Positions 46,201-53,521 of a stretch of DNA of 64,000 nt are shown in pieces (position 1 is the stretch's first letter; each line of letters opens with the position of its first letter). The notes under the pieces were generated by a model. That model was not told the DNA's origin and searched no databases. It was given only the letters and a program-made list of their open reading frames with translations. Source of the stretch: Salpingoeca rosetta (Eukaryota; Protista; Choanoflagellata); assembly GCA_033442325.1 (NCBI GenBank), contig JAWQFM010000004.1, positions 552,979 through 616,978 on the forward strand. Reading direction: 5' to 3'. The position numbers and the translations under genes were made by a program.

Positions 46201-48491
46201 CAAGCTCCACACAGCGCCTTGAGCTTGACCTGTCGCTGCTGTCGATGTCAGGCTGCCTGTCGAGCGCAAACGTGTCGCTTTCTGGGCCGTTCCTGACTGA
46301 AACGAGCGGAGCAGCGCGTGTAAGCGACACGGCACGCAGCAAGGTGTCGACAGAGAGTCAATCAGTTCAACGCCCTTCTGCAAGAAGTACCAAAGAACAA
46401 ACAACTACCGTGCCTGCCGTGCCTGCCGCTGCTGCAGGCTCATCCACGCTGCAAGGCGCATTGTTGGTCACTGTTGGGGCTGACCGTGTGCGGTTTGATA
46501 ACTCCACAACCAACCACAACTTCACCGTGAACCTGGGACCAGCACATGACATGCTCCAGTTGGGAGTTGTTATTGAACAAGGTGCGGTACAGGTGGACTT
46601 TATGTCCGCGCCTGTGGCTCAGTGGACCGAGCCTTTGCAGCTGCGGGTGTCAGATACTGCGCAGGCGGAGCTGATGTTGCCACTGAACGCGACCCTACGT
46701 CTGTCGCAGCAGGAGGTATGCTGGCACAAAAACATGTCGTTCGTGTCGCATGGCGAGGCGGTTGGCACTGGCTGGACAGACGGAGCGCTGGTGAACCTTG
46801 CTAAGGACTGCAGCCGGCTTGCGCTGGAGAGGTTGAGTTTGCTGGATCACATGAGCTGCGTGTCCCCCAGCGACAGCGATAGCAAGATCACAGCCATGGT
46901 TCGCCTCTCCACAGCCCACAAGCTGTACTGTAGCATCGAGGGCGACATGGTGCGCGTGGGCGTTGGTTGCCAAGTGAGCACCGCGAGCTCACACAGTAGC
47001 GCGCAGGCTTGGAATACCACCTGGACTGTCTTGTTTTGGGTGGTGTTGGCTTCGCACATGGTGTTTGTGTGCCGATTTGCGCTCACTTTCCTAAGGAACG
47101 TGGCCGACGGGGTGGTGAACGCTGAATTAGGAGATAACACGCTGTCCCACCGTAGCGCACTTGCCAGCGGTACGTCTGTGTTGTACTTTGGCCTCATCTT
47201 TGCGGGATGCCTTCTGCCGATTGTTGAGGAGGGGAGCTCTGAGCAGACACGCGGGTTTGTTCTCGGGGTGGCTGAGGCTGTTCGCTCTGCAGGCGGCATT
47301 GCAGACTCGTACGTGGGAAACGAGCGTGCAAGCACAGCAAATGACATGGCCAACGCTGGAGTGGGCCTGGTGGGAGGAGGGTTTGTCTTGGCTGCTGTTT
47401 TGCAGCTGAGGGCTGTGACACAACTGAGGTACCGTGTTGTGGCGGTTGCCTGCGTCAGTGAGCTGCTGTGCGCTGTGTTCCTGCCATGGGCTGTGCTGAA
47501 CAGCGCAGGCAACACAGTTGGCGTTTCCTGCGTGCTTGGTGTACTATTGATTGTAACTAAGACGAGGTTGTATGCACGGCGAGCGGTGTGTGCACGGCAA
47601 GCGGATGGGCGTAGAGCACATGCAAATAACAGTTGTAAGAGCATGGTCACTCTCGCTTGTTGGCCTCTAATGGATGGACTCTCAAAGATCCTGCTGCTGA
47701 TTGCTTGCGCTGCAGCCAGGCCTGCGTCAAATGTCACAAGCAGCGGCATGCTCGGCGGCGCTGAAGTTCTGCTCCTGTTGTATCATATCAGCATCATGGG
47801 GGGAATCGTACTCTGCATGCGCTCTTCAACGCAACGTGGCTGCTGGGGACTGATGTTGACAACGGCTATGGCCTACGCGCTTGGTGTGAGCGCCTTGGCT
47901 GTCATGCCCGGCCCCACCAGCATGGTCGTGTTGTATTTCTGGTGGATGGGGCTGACTGCAGTAGCTGTCATGGTTGTCTGCGCTTTGCTGTGGCCGTTTC
48001 AAGATTTTAGACAGAACGGCGCAGACGGGTATGTGTGGGACGACGAAGAGCCCACTGGGGACCACGACAATGGTAACCAAAGGCACCATCAACACAACAA
48101 CATGCCAAATCAGGGCCCGGTTGTGGAACACGCGGACGTGGAGGACGATGATGACCATGAAGAGGAGGACACACAGGTTGAGAACGTGTTTGTTGAACCA
48201 GATCAGCAGCTGAGCCAACGCAGAAGCGGAACTGAGTTGCAACTATTCAGACATGAGACAGAAGGAACCCCCCAAACAGGTAGTAGTCGTCACGACAGCA
48301 GTGGCCACGCTGCTGGTGACAGCAGAACCTCCTCCAACTCGAATCCTGTGAGCCCAGCTGGTGACCAGACAAGCAACGCAAGCTCCGACGACCAGCCAAG
48401 CGACGCAATCTCCGAACACCAGCCAAGTGACACACTCCGAAGACACCAGAAACTCCCCCTCGATTCCACTCCAACCAACACTGATGTCTGA
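34281..48491 (+). CDS. Giant (~4,740 aa) intronless membrane protein: signal peptide, huge beta-rich ectodomain, ~9 C-terminal TM helices, acidic cytoplasmic tail
   Basis: 14.2-kb uninterrupted ORF with first ATG at 34281. Hydrophobic N-terminus WLRVIAAAIAVFAML; TM cluster at ~47010-48000. Confidence 0.9.
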   Translation: MGNRKRTDMRTAAWLRVIAAAIAVFAMLQQTPPAVSSSAGSPSPLQRVCHAITTHLSSQVERLDGVSGGSLSNFQFVTDACQSATTFPIFSDSGFVGSPVVTTDFLENVADDNNVSYATTKAQQVFSLTWDAATSTARVNITIVQQQFLRATVREVLVPEDTPMIIVSTRLAVVRPGAPFAPLHLAHLKWPLSDATASGSGGSVVIARDPDLLDNQLPTVFIPTPQDPGSLPAETLNIVHSLLGQPHLRVSSMAASAAAFRATARRVWQALDLLSQKELNTVTQRITRRTVANTPTQGPLGVLLQRTRVCAGGTWQPFGAQYAKCDDHIMEAVKGFVSKAADGTPCDGAFEVIEDSVLSHIAVDLFSSQDAVIAQGFRAQTVATIKCTSDVIRPGSSDSIVASFTMSSSNPTNSAWLLDYFTDISNRLVPLEMVQAWMPTVEAQVMGHLLYKPDATMPESKAPTTVHTFLPGNAITSMFPVGVALGDLELESSQAAVAHVTLVLETLMTQLQTGVPDVNTAVHEALKADKIADVVQDYVDHADHATVLGFWSWFQSQLSPRTLQLQPLLPPVNDENNLAAFGLSVRVSRTLAINSISSSSLAGLLADANAILDSFRPRAGIICGPLAANLINWSTNHVDDAEFQFSAQATAWVGLPVNDDTITVKALREHVAGFLRVSGSSSDDNEPHKFSFVHDLSTGDIGGRFITGSYSVSVDPGPLTDIQAAKLSCRSIATASTMPDATTMEQAVDLLAQKATAVATAPVQLSNWPPGALLRPIFDAISSAVAGQHLQEHKAAERVELAAQSTSSPVQGVTVVPTALVKDGKIRLTLSIEQLNTAIIPVDGSAWRGIVGTDRFETTVVLSYNIIVSMHGFTAEVLSFAATGATNLGGFVLPTQLGMQFNKPVTTSLTLNADMPKSFSVNLQLDVASEFGHPFSFHLSSSNLPSNDDSDQQQQQQRQQQQQQQRQQPVMFRIRNRPASQHVSPASVLDTIKSGILNMVPRALSNSLAFLLPPYENWAGDVSELTRTIDIITSPLSILPNPKPTIASTFSCLDKIKAQPPTGLNVTLHSPQNERVYVPLNNLRYSSLTAFTASINSNLHQRTEMRKWLKIELDPDSLVTQGTDNSDCAVFRAVPVTPGALTYVAIASTPDSIQQNFTLRGNLNPAPRPLFAHWDDLLSVIQAVLIPDSDLPKLQRLQVPAADVGVPADLDHVYPGMFDAIGFRFDASYAYQTAVDSPVNDTVSALGGLLTASLEGGRALAHLNATISAGLSFVFDCPPPRGGENITVYSSFSDEDTPTTTKVRAGANTFTLDIQGQMRTMRAGEEGTDAQGPSSVRIGRRQWTVAVTLEPGTVAQEAVQSALAQSLPEFLQPFVQVLLGRRTRRSQRDQIAIQVNRAFLDNGTVWVPDLVAISSSEVPWLKTSAFGLPLVQAMMSDARLRATGALRASADRAEVEAGILAVASDKIEGTTDIDIDIGLLSPPGSLIQRTPRSNRDRSNPTVIGWDTQSNNTSNHIPYEAAPDLVDDRHFAPHRRKRRMVQPFSSFTSVTRANSALRNEHMFFTHFDARVSLNTTFELSNITVGLRQVNVQTTDAALVLQLTGSFHLSTDFNVTDMTRRFEFDVDVRGEEDFVQAIRNVLLVNRSSLCQFAQRLLEPGDGVGAQAAGVRPLPFLTKSVSDWLGPYQLAAAQAVEALCDGGFNGDLQVLCTVLNEAFDQDVCVNSELRKHEVVIDLYIVLEEQSDSEQFIFDAKLFEPVQSLEEFSVGQATEGSLAVQTLIASNATLVIDISAPFPTLYIRRGNLQLTLDVKAMGNIEVYFGSMSVPLSSLNLDIGTPVNLTIAYGEHEDDQRMIRAIRSMEPKPPQPAAATAADDEGQQGEEDDQAEGQCWIWSTASMPEADPVNEFERRRRSTHTFPLDAGVMARRPHPSHQLLRRLRRTQASADDAGSEAGHREFGICLKGHAFLNAKVHVPFSATCEVDIKIPALTRFLLQPGPDTFAFKADGCPRGLWPTISGILKAVFGFQNALADFGGISLALRLAWEQFLDFVFSLGGLLDGLKLPVLGDWWKDILRINLGELFDFTFLRKMWDFIEIGLRDLKFSGISFSFAEFEFEVLKLFTDALSFLLGPWAIEFPDIPSITLKEKRWPLNLKRSFTAKPDEIGFDFGDHGVLSADFECTQKVKFTWHIQVDLVFSGGIRFEFLHNPAVHVTVQMDTKDCSLSGAFLLGGFDMMATAFVRLGLTVIPPARTEDKMWDFEAAIEARFRGDMVAGFAGVFADLLDKSNDEAIRALPNVRADLDCAFECGSKGCSKGPTCQLTSPRLCVGSLLRTTLHRALSWVDNKFFKTVIEVVEFLQQEVDLSPVLDEMPLVDVLYVIVQNLCTDNCDFSEVYEMIAQVTYVVDLISTLRDIEDLLEDGSCNAITQELPDMLLDFRDDILEPKVMGPPPVKQLNFKSGDRLPRAKQEVVRKVWSDMTTQGSFGVRLSFLDNPVLNVVKMLLGQVVDLVEFTFPRLVIGIGVSWTIPIWSVPLVEIEPTFSFEIQAQPPPLIITTETAVTLLQTGDIGSTLGTVAIRTVDRATHKPINFLVARGSIGAYVRVSIGVYFAYVQGSFYLGLTLEAAVAIPDIYHTGRITIGDMYQLVKYNDGNVFKSLDRRYTLFLDAGFSLRACINLLFYRKCWTIVAWSHSFTLWERLDRARVFPIPTSGTGNINIGSSFSQPYRRRSVVRRCAGACVSMAQFTLSQARDTVTVAVKTPDDGVNEAPRTGSLPADGSCIRFTGSSHNSALKVRVVGVFRCVHVPALPGSHIEISQQSYGVSSSQAAHGASTTHISDSTTHTLVRRRRQALADTVFPRSVNATRRAPVQVFRITRSAVLPLFAAGIVFSDEGMDLPNRRRSVRMAGGRRESAVLSCTSLQLTDPLPQAHFIVTGTPCQTEALVSGTQTVGLYGHPGQINLRVIGQTKRFIMNLKASRIVLSSQYVMADGYETPFTKPPAELMVKGQASNDGSVEVLDVPQGMSMTFQGSRGILDVFVPDIQRVNGLLVIRGAATGSVNRLRIAARARRGETPYITVTSGLFSQNTSTGLRQVEHANINDKTLDLHVEDGATAETSLLSSERFAFAAVRSVAELGATATHRVTGCQDPTSAHRYTLEGPGNQQLIIGSGDLERFNCYIDVQGVQDSPSTDQNYTIIVDAGYDTRDLSWSFFNGGLRVASRESLASQQLHIAMQNIDHVYVRFGNKSNAVLFTEADNTADYVLNFESSGPVNRNTISFATLSRGVLVLGTVSLRIEKQGSLDHAPFSRIQASIVSLRDRSHESLEGRVVVTAGVDAASQHIVLHTDRCISPAAVGGEAGTPAEINAGLTEWVLMHAVARGFDPGFDMSHCHVYQGGRARVDVTLTRGEDSLYVHRFGLPVQAELLDGEDTFVYANANSSTSFDVNTGRGNDHVMVECEFASSRLDFGSNDDLDSFWLFANGVTPELLSSAEVRPVRSEDATSALSFVHQNGAVLHFYPWGREDSGQRKTRSLATHRAARSTLAASSVGSAMAWFPGNNTVIRVSFPDENRVVFIEPQSRCSYVVENLGAGSILRVGEQPNAQRRFSRDSSQKAATREGRSSGVFTDDSQGTPKDWQVISALQDLSAPATIQVIGQEKSNLTVCMIVPRQRDLRNVRTLRFDELDSGAARLSLGSNAMQVVNARHVALLAEGNARFELQSSISGVDLVVAAREPSNLIAQPDTVLQNPIQLYNVTASLPTAALLGAGRVIVSGDETGLVTALPSNNVTVEGGCLLVLHPADGQPLVPSPLSPWALAWAQMLLPPSTFERIADDPCFGLFPDSNHHLPISNVESTRITDVRRHFTTMAFSPAATVELRDTTPLSHVLLHEDHVSIDNGAYTVQFGSEPSRSAAQRQVRLMSPVLRNESAVVQLPAGADCSRSPQTLFETLYDSEHDLLHRHHIGLRTATGGMLSSSLTFPSSTQRLELDLSLLSMSGCLSSANVSLSGPFLTETSGAARVSDTARSKVSTESQSVQRPSARSTKEQTTTVPAVPAAAAGSSTLQGALLVTVGADRVRFDNSTTNHNFTVNLGPAHDMLQLGVVIEQGAVQVDFMSAPVAQWTEPLQLRVSDTAQAELMLPLNATLRLSQQEVCWHKNMSFVSHGEAVGTGWTDGALVNLAKDCSRLALERLSLLDHMSCVSPSDSDSKITAMVRLSTAHKLYCSIEGDMVRVGVGCQVSTASSHSSAQAWNTTWTVLFWVVLASHMVFVCRFALTFLRNVADGVVNAELGDNTLSHRSALASGTSVLYFGLIFAGCLLPIVEEGSSEQTRGFVLGVAEAVRSAGGIADSYVGNERASTANDMANAGVGLVGGGFVLAAVLQLRAVTQLRYRVVAVACVSELLCAVFLPWAVLNSAGNTVGVSCVLGVLLIVTKTRLYARRAVCARQADGRRAHANNSCKSMVTLACWPLMDGLSKILLLIACAAARPASNVTSSGMLGGAEVLLLLYHISIMGGIVLCMRSSTQRGCWGLMLTTAMAYALGVSALAVMPGPTSMVVLYFWWMGLTAVAVMVVCALLWPFQDFRQNGADGYVWDDEEPTGDHDNGNQRHHQHNNMPNQGPVVEHADVEDDDDHEEEDTQVENVFVEPDQQLSQRRSGTELQLFRHETEGTPQTGSSRHDSSGHAAGDSRTSSNSNPVSPAGDQTSNASSDDQPSDAISEHQPSDTLRRHQKLPLDSTPTNTDV

Positions 48492-48510
48492 CTGCGGTTG
48501 ACATGCCGAG

Positions 48511-48511
<1 letters not shown>

Positions 48512-48578
<67 letters not shown>
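48512..48578. repeat. (GT)n microsatellite next to the retrotransposon 3' end
   Basis: Directly visible. Confidence 0.95.
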
Positions 48579-48581
<3 letters not shown>

Positions 48582-48624
48582 CGTAGTGCATGCGTGATTA
48601 TGTGTGTTTTGTGTTTGTATTCGA

Positions 48625-51600
48625 TTGGTTTATTGGGGAAAACTCGCTGAAATCTTACACTGCTCCCAGCGCTCAGAGATGGGGAAAGCAATTGCGGCAA
48701 AACAAGGGGCAGCGGTGTGCATGGGCGAATGTGTGTGAGAGCACGCGCCTCATAGACAGAAAGAAAAGTGAATCAATAGATAGATAGAAACCAAGTGCCT
48801 CGGTGCGAGGCTCATGTGTAGTGCTGCGACTGTCGCTTAGACAGTCGCAGGGGGCTCTGTTGCGGCCGGGCCACCGGGGCTTCGTGAGGTCGCGGGGGCG
48901 CTGCGTGGCTGTCCCTCATCGTTGTCGGTGGTGGCGGTGGCAGCGGCGGTGGCAGCAGTGCCGTTGTTGCTGTCATTGCTGCGCTGGCCGTTGTGGCCGG
49001 GGGGTGTGGTCTGCGGATGCTTGCGCTTGCGGGTGCGCTTGCCCTGTTGGTGGTTGCGCTGGGCTTGAGCGCGCGCTCGTTGTACCGTCTGGGTGCTCTG
49101 GCGGGGAGTGTGTGTGTCTCCCGCCCGGACCGAGCCCGGCTGATTTTTGCCCCGCTTGTCGTGAGGCATCTGGCCGATGCACCGGAGGTTCGCGTAGCAC
49201 TCAGCCTTGCATCTCGCGATGGACAACACTTGCCGCCAGTACGTGCTGCTGTGCATGGAGGTAAAGGTGCGCACGTGTGGTGGTGTTTGTGGGTCCGTCG
49301 TGGACATAAGGTCGCTGCTGAAGAACTTCCGGAACTTCGAGCCCCAGGCGCCCGAGCCAGCCTCGATCGCAATCGGCACAAATTTGAAGTCGCCCTGATC
49401 GCGTAGGATGGCCTGGTACTTCTTGATCTTGCGTTGTTCCGCCTGCGACGCCGCGTAGAGGTTGACTTTGGCGGCCTGTGGTTGGTACGAGCTGGCCGCG
49501 GGGGCGGCGAACACGAGGTCAAACACGGTGTAATCGCCAGACTTGTCGAAGCTGAGGATGTCACCGCGCTTGCCGCCTGCGCCTGGGAAGCCGGAGGGCT
49601 CTTGTGTCGCGCGGCGGTTGAGCTGCATGAAGGCCCGGGAGATGGCGTTCTGCATGTAGTCGTGCCGGCCCGTCTTCGTGGAGTCGCAGACTTCGGCGTG
49701 GTCCAGCTTCATCTCGCGCCCGCAGCAGTAGCAGCTGCCTGATGCACGCGACTCGGAGCAAGGTGTCCGAATCCGCTGGCTCAGAGCAAACCGAAACACC
49801 TTGTCCGACATCCGCAGGTCCTTGCAGCTGGGCAGGGCCAGGAGCCACTCGTAGCCGCCGTGCAGGCTGGCTCCTCGTTGAATGGCTCGGTTGCGTGGGT
49901 TCTCGTCCCAGCCCGTCTTCCTGTCCATGATCTGGGTCAGGAACTGCTGCAAGCTGCGAGCGTCGTGGTTTAGAACGTCCCTCGTGTCGCGGGGGCCGTC
50001 GTCGCCGAGGTGCAGATCCGCGATGGCTTGTGCTATCTCCGCCTCCAACTCGGCGCCCGGCGTGGTGTATGCTTGGAAAGGGTGGTGGGGGCTCTTGCTG
50101 AAGCTGCAGACGGAGCCGAGGAAGGCGGCGGGGGCGACGCTTGTCTGCCTCCGTAGCCCAAGGCCTCCTTGTTTGATGGGTCGTCGTGCCCGCGTCAGGG
50201 CCCGCGATGACAGGGGCTTGAAGGCGCCCATCATGCGCCGAAGCTGCTCCGCGATAATGTCGTCGAGCGCTTCGCAGTACTCCTTCGACCGACGGGTCGT
50301 GCGCATGAAGTAGCCGGAATTGGTCGTGATGCAGTACCGAAGGAACTGGAAGACCAGTTGCGCCGGCAAGTGGGCGCTCGCCAGGTCGAGAGCCCTCCGT
50401 GTCTCGTCGAGGTGGGATGCCTCGTATGGCCCGAAGAGGGGGACGCCCAGCACTTTCGCGGTCTGGTCGCCGTAGGGGATGACGACCGTCTTGTCTTCAT
50501 TGATCTTCAGCCCCGTCCGGCGGATCTCCGTGTCGAGCCGCTCCGCGGCCGCCTTGACGTCATCGCGCGGGCCAACGATGTAGGTGTCATCGAGGTACGC
50601 GACGACGGTGACCGTGGGGTGGGCCTTGTCGGTTTCCTTCAGCGCGTGGATCGTGGCAAGGGCAAAATACGCCGGTGAGAGCGGACCGCCCTGCGCGATG
50701 CCATCGCGCATGTGGAGGGTGTCGCCACCCGGTGTGACGACGACCGGTGCCTGGCCGTACGTCGCCAGGAAGCAATGTGCGAGGCTCGGGAAGCGGCGGC
50801 TGATGGCGTCGTAGATTGAGCGTCGCGTCACCGCCCCAAAGGCGTTGGAGATGTCGAGCGCCTGCGCCACGTGGTCCCGGTGGGCCCGCAGGTACTCACG
50901 CAGGCCATGCACGATGCACTCTGTGCCGGCGGGGATGCCGACGCCGAGTTGGTGCGGGCATAGGGCGTCGGCGATCTCGGCCTTGTGCGCGCTGAAGACC
51001 GTCTTCTCCAGGAGCTTGGCGATGCTGTCCATGGGGACCACAGGTCGGATGCCGCCATTGCTCTTCGTCAGCGGCACCACGCGTCCACCCATGAGGAGTG
51101 GCATGCGCTTCCGAAACTTGCCATGATACAGCGCGTTGACCAGCTTCGGCAGGGATGCTCCGTGCTCGTGCAGCTGCGCCAGGGTCGCGGGCGTGAGCCC
51201 GGTGGCGCCCGCCGCCGCCTGCCTGTCCAGCGTGTACAGCGCATCCGTGATCTTTTCTGCCGGGAGATCGTCGATGGTGGTTCTGGCGAGTGGCCCGTCG
51301 CCGCCAGCGTCGCCGCCGCTGTTGTCGTCGCCCCTGCTGGGCAGGCCTGCGCTGCCTGTCGTGATGATCTTCTGCTTCACCTGCTCCTTGATGTCGTCGC
51401 TCCACTCCGCGACGGAGGCGGTGTCGCGGAGGATCGAGTGGCCTTTGGACATTTGCCCAGCTCGAAACCGCTTCGCCGCCGCCCGTGCTTTCGCCCGGTC
51501 TCCTGTGGCCGGGCGTCCGCTGGGCTTCCGCGTCACACTCTCCTCCAGCTCGTCCCACTCCCGTGCGGCTAGCATCCGCATTCGTGCCAGCGTCGTGTTC

Positions 51601-53120
51601 TGGGAGAGGAAGTGCTGGGGCGTGCGGGCGAAAACGCGTTGGAGGAGGTAGACGCCGGCGTCAAGGTAGGTGTACTGGTCGTCGTTGTCGGGGTCGTCCG
51701 CGAGGGCACACGCCTGTCCGATCAGGGAGTCCGCAATCAGGACTGCGCGTCGTTCTGTCGGGGAGCGAACTCTGACGTCGACGGCCGTCTTGACGCCGTG
51801 ATACACGTCCACGTTGGCCACCCTGGACACCAGATCTTGCTCGAAAGTAGCGAACTTGGCGTTCCACCACGACTCCGGCTTGTAGTGGGTTTCGGGCGGG
51901 TCCTCCGGAACTGCCTCCGCGTGCTTGCACTTGTGCCGCGGAGAGCACACGTACGCGCACTTCGTGCAGAAGCCGAGCCCGAGGGCTGCCGCGAGGCCGG
52001 GTATGGCATGTTCTGGGTGAGCCGTACGTATGTGAGTGGCGAGCGCGGTGAGGTTCTTGTGGCCATCTGCCGCGTTGTGCGAGTGCACGCTGCAGTTGCC
52101 GAAGGGGCAGGGGAGCTTCGGCAAGGGCCCTGCGAACGATCCGTCGTGGGCATACGGGGTGTGGTCCTTCACCCAGCAGTTGGCGTCGTCGCAGCATTGC
52201 ATAAGGTCGAACACGTCCGCTAGCGGTGTGTCCGGGATGCTCTGCTCCTCACCACCAGGATCCGCAGGGGTCCGGGGTTCGGGAGTAGCAGCCTGGGCTG
52301 GCTCGTGTGCAGCGGACGCGGCCGTGGACAATGCTGCGGTGGTGTTCGCCGCCGTCGGCTGTTGGTGCTGGGCCTCGGCGGCCCCGTGGGGAGGCGCACG
52401 CGCTGTGGCGTGGTCTCCATGTTGGTGTGAGGCTGGGCCTCCTTGGTGCCCGCTTTGCGCGGGCGTGAGCGCATTAGGGCCATGAGCGTCAGTCGCCTCT
52501 GTGTCGGAGGGTGGTTCGGGGCCGTAGACGCTTTGGAGGGCGTCCACCAACTCGCCCGACGAAACCAACTCGCTGTCGTCGAGCGCGTCGAACGTGTCAC
52601 TTACGTCGAGCGCGTCGAGCGTGTCGGTTACGTTGAGCGCGTCGAGCGTGTCGCTCATGGCTGTGCTGGAATGTTGGGAGTGTGTCGACCGTCCGTCATC
52701 GACGGGCTGGAGGTGGTCGTCACTCCCTTCGTGCCGGGCGGGGCTGGAGGTGCACAGCGGCTCCTCTCTGTTTGCCTCTGCCGCGACAGCATAGTCGTCG
52801 TCGTCGTCAACGTCGTCGTTGCCGTTGTCGTTGTGCTCGGGTCCTCGGTCGTCTGCGCGGGTTGAGCCCTGTGGAAGGCCACGGCTAGGTGTACTCGCGC
52901 GTCTGGTAAGAGCGCGCGGGTTGGCGACCTCTCGGTAGTGGCCCGGGGCCCTTTGCGCTGCGACGCGCTGGGACCGGCGGAGCCCTTGCCGTGTAGGCGC
53001 CACGCCCTTGTGGGCCATGTTCAGCCGGCCGCCGCCGTTATCGACCGTTGCAACCACCGGGTTGCGACGGCACATGTGCCAGCAATCAACGTACTGCTGT
53101 AAGGCGTGTTGGACATGTTG
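48625..53120 (-). mobile_element. Full-length RLE-type non-LTR retrotransposon, CRE-clade-like
   Basis: Single ORF plus a 3' UTR ending at AATAAA (48629-48634). The 3' boundary is confirmed by the second copy. No LTRs; the 5' boundary is approximate. Confidence 0.9.
48837..53018 (-). CDS. Retrotransposon ORF (~1,393 aa): zinc fingers, reverse transcriptase, CCHC, restriction-like endonuclease
   Basis: C2H2 finger CPFGNC..HIRTAH. RT motifs GGIRPV, QLGVG, LDISNAF, GIAQGGPLSP, YLDD. Then GGLG, CYCC..DHAEVC, RHD, RGD..FD..KIKKY and FVPIAIE. Confidence 0.92.
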   Translation of the reverse strand: MAHKGVAPTRQGLRRSQRVAAQRAPGHYREVANPRALTRRASTPSRGLPQGSTRADDRGPEHNDNGNDDVDDDDDYAVAAEANREEPLCTSSPARHEGSDDHLQPVDDGRSTHSQHSSTAMSDTLDALNVTDTLDALDVSDTFDALDDSELVSSGELVDALQSVYGPEPPSDTEATDAHGPNALTPAQSGHQGGPASHQHGDHATARAPPHGAAEAQHQQPTAANTTAALSTAASAAHEPAQAATPEPRTPADPGGEEQSIPDTPLADVFDLMQCCDDANCWVKDHTPYAHDGSFAGPLPKLPCPFGNCSVHSHNAADGHKNLTALATHIRTAHPEHAIPGLAAALGLGFCTKCAYVCSPRHKCKHAEAVPEDPPETHYKPESWWNAKFATFEQDLVSRVANVDVYHGVKTAVDVRVRSPTERRAVLIADSLIGQACALADDPDNDDQYTYLDAGVYLLQRVFARTPQHFLSQNTTLARMRMLAAREWDELEESVTRKPSGRPATGDRAKARAAAKRFRAGQMSKGHSILRDTASVAEWSDDIKEQVKQKIITTGSAGLPSRGDDNSGGDAGGDGPLARTTIDDLPAEKITDALYTLDRQAAAGATGLTPATLAQLHEHGASLPKLVNALYHGKFRKRMPLLMGGRVVPLTKSNGGIRPVVPMDSIAKLLEKTVFSAHKAEIADALCPHQLGVGIPAGTECIVHGLREYLRAHRDHVAQALDISNAFGAVTRRSIYDAISRRFPSLAHCFLATYGQAPVVVTPGGDTLHMRDGIAQGGPLSPAYFALATIHALKETDKAHPTVTVVAYLDDTYIVGPRDDVKAAAERLDTEIRRTGLKINEDKTVVIPYGDQTAKVLGVPLFGPYEASHLDETRRALDLASAHLPAQLVFQFLRYCITTNSGYFMRTTRRSKEYCEALDDIIAEQLRRMMGAFKPLSSRALTRARRPIKQGGLGLRRQTSVAPAAFLGSVCSFSKSPHHPFQAYTTPGAELEAEIAQAIADLHLGDDGPRDTRDVLNHDARSLQQFLTQIMDRKTGWDENPRNRAIQRGASLHGGYEWLLALPSCKDLRMSDKVFRFALSQRIRTPCSESRASGSCYCCGREMKLDHAEVCDSTKTGRHDYMQNAISRAFMQLNRRATQEPSGFPGAGGKRGDILSFDKSGDYTVFDLVFAAPAASSYQPQAAKVNLYAASQAEQRKIKKYQAILRDQGDFKFVPIAIEAGSGAWGSKFRKFFSSDLMSTTDPQTPPHVRTFTSMHSSTYWRQVLSIARCKAECYANLRCIGQMPHDKRGKNQPGSVRAGDTHTPRQSTQTVQRARAQAQRNHQQGKRTRKRKHPQTTPPGHNGQRSNDSNNGTAATAAATATTDNDEGQPRSAPATSRSPGGPAATEPPATV

Positions 53121-53521
53121 AGTGAGTGAGTGAGTGAGTGAGTGTGTGTGTGTGTGTTGTGTTGTGTGCTGTGTATCCACATGGCACAAGAGCAACTGAA
53201 TTCAGTCACACTCGTATTTCATGTATGTAGTCAACACTTTTCATTTCAAAAACTTTTCCTTTTCGCTCGAGGTCGCATCTCCCAACACATCCAGTGACCC
53301 ACGCACCTCAGATCATAGCAGCATCGCAACAAGGTCAGGTCACTACTGCCTGCACGTGTGTTTCTCTGTCTCCTTTGTCCCATGTGAGGTTGAGCACCCA
53401 CACTCCCAACTAAAGCCCCTCTTCTCTCTCTCTCTCTCTCCAGGTCATCCTTGAAGCCAGATCGCACTTTCGAGGCTCCGGGCGCTTACACACACACACC
53501 AACACACCACCAGCACCAACC

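Noticed and set aside
52575-52656. Three 27-bp repeats (DTLDALxV) in the retroelement ORF
   Set aside because: In-frame tandem expansion in the disordered N-terminus, common in such elements.
53019-53195. N-terminal extension of the RT ORF to 1452 aa
   Set aside because: It starts at a non-ATG codon and reads through flanking microsatellite; ATG 53018 is more plausible.
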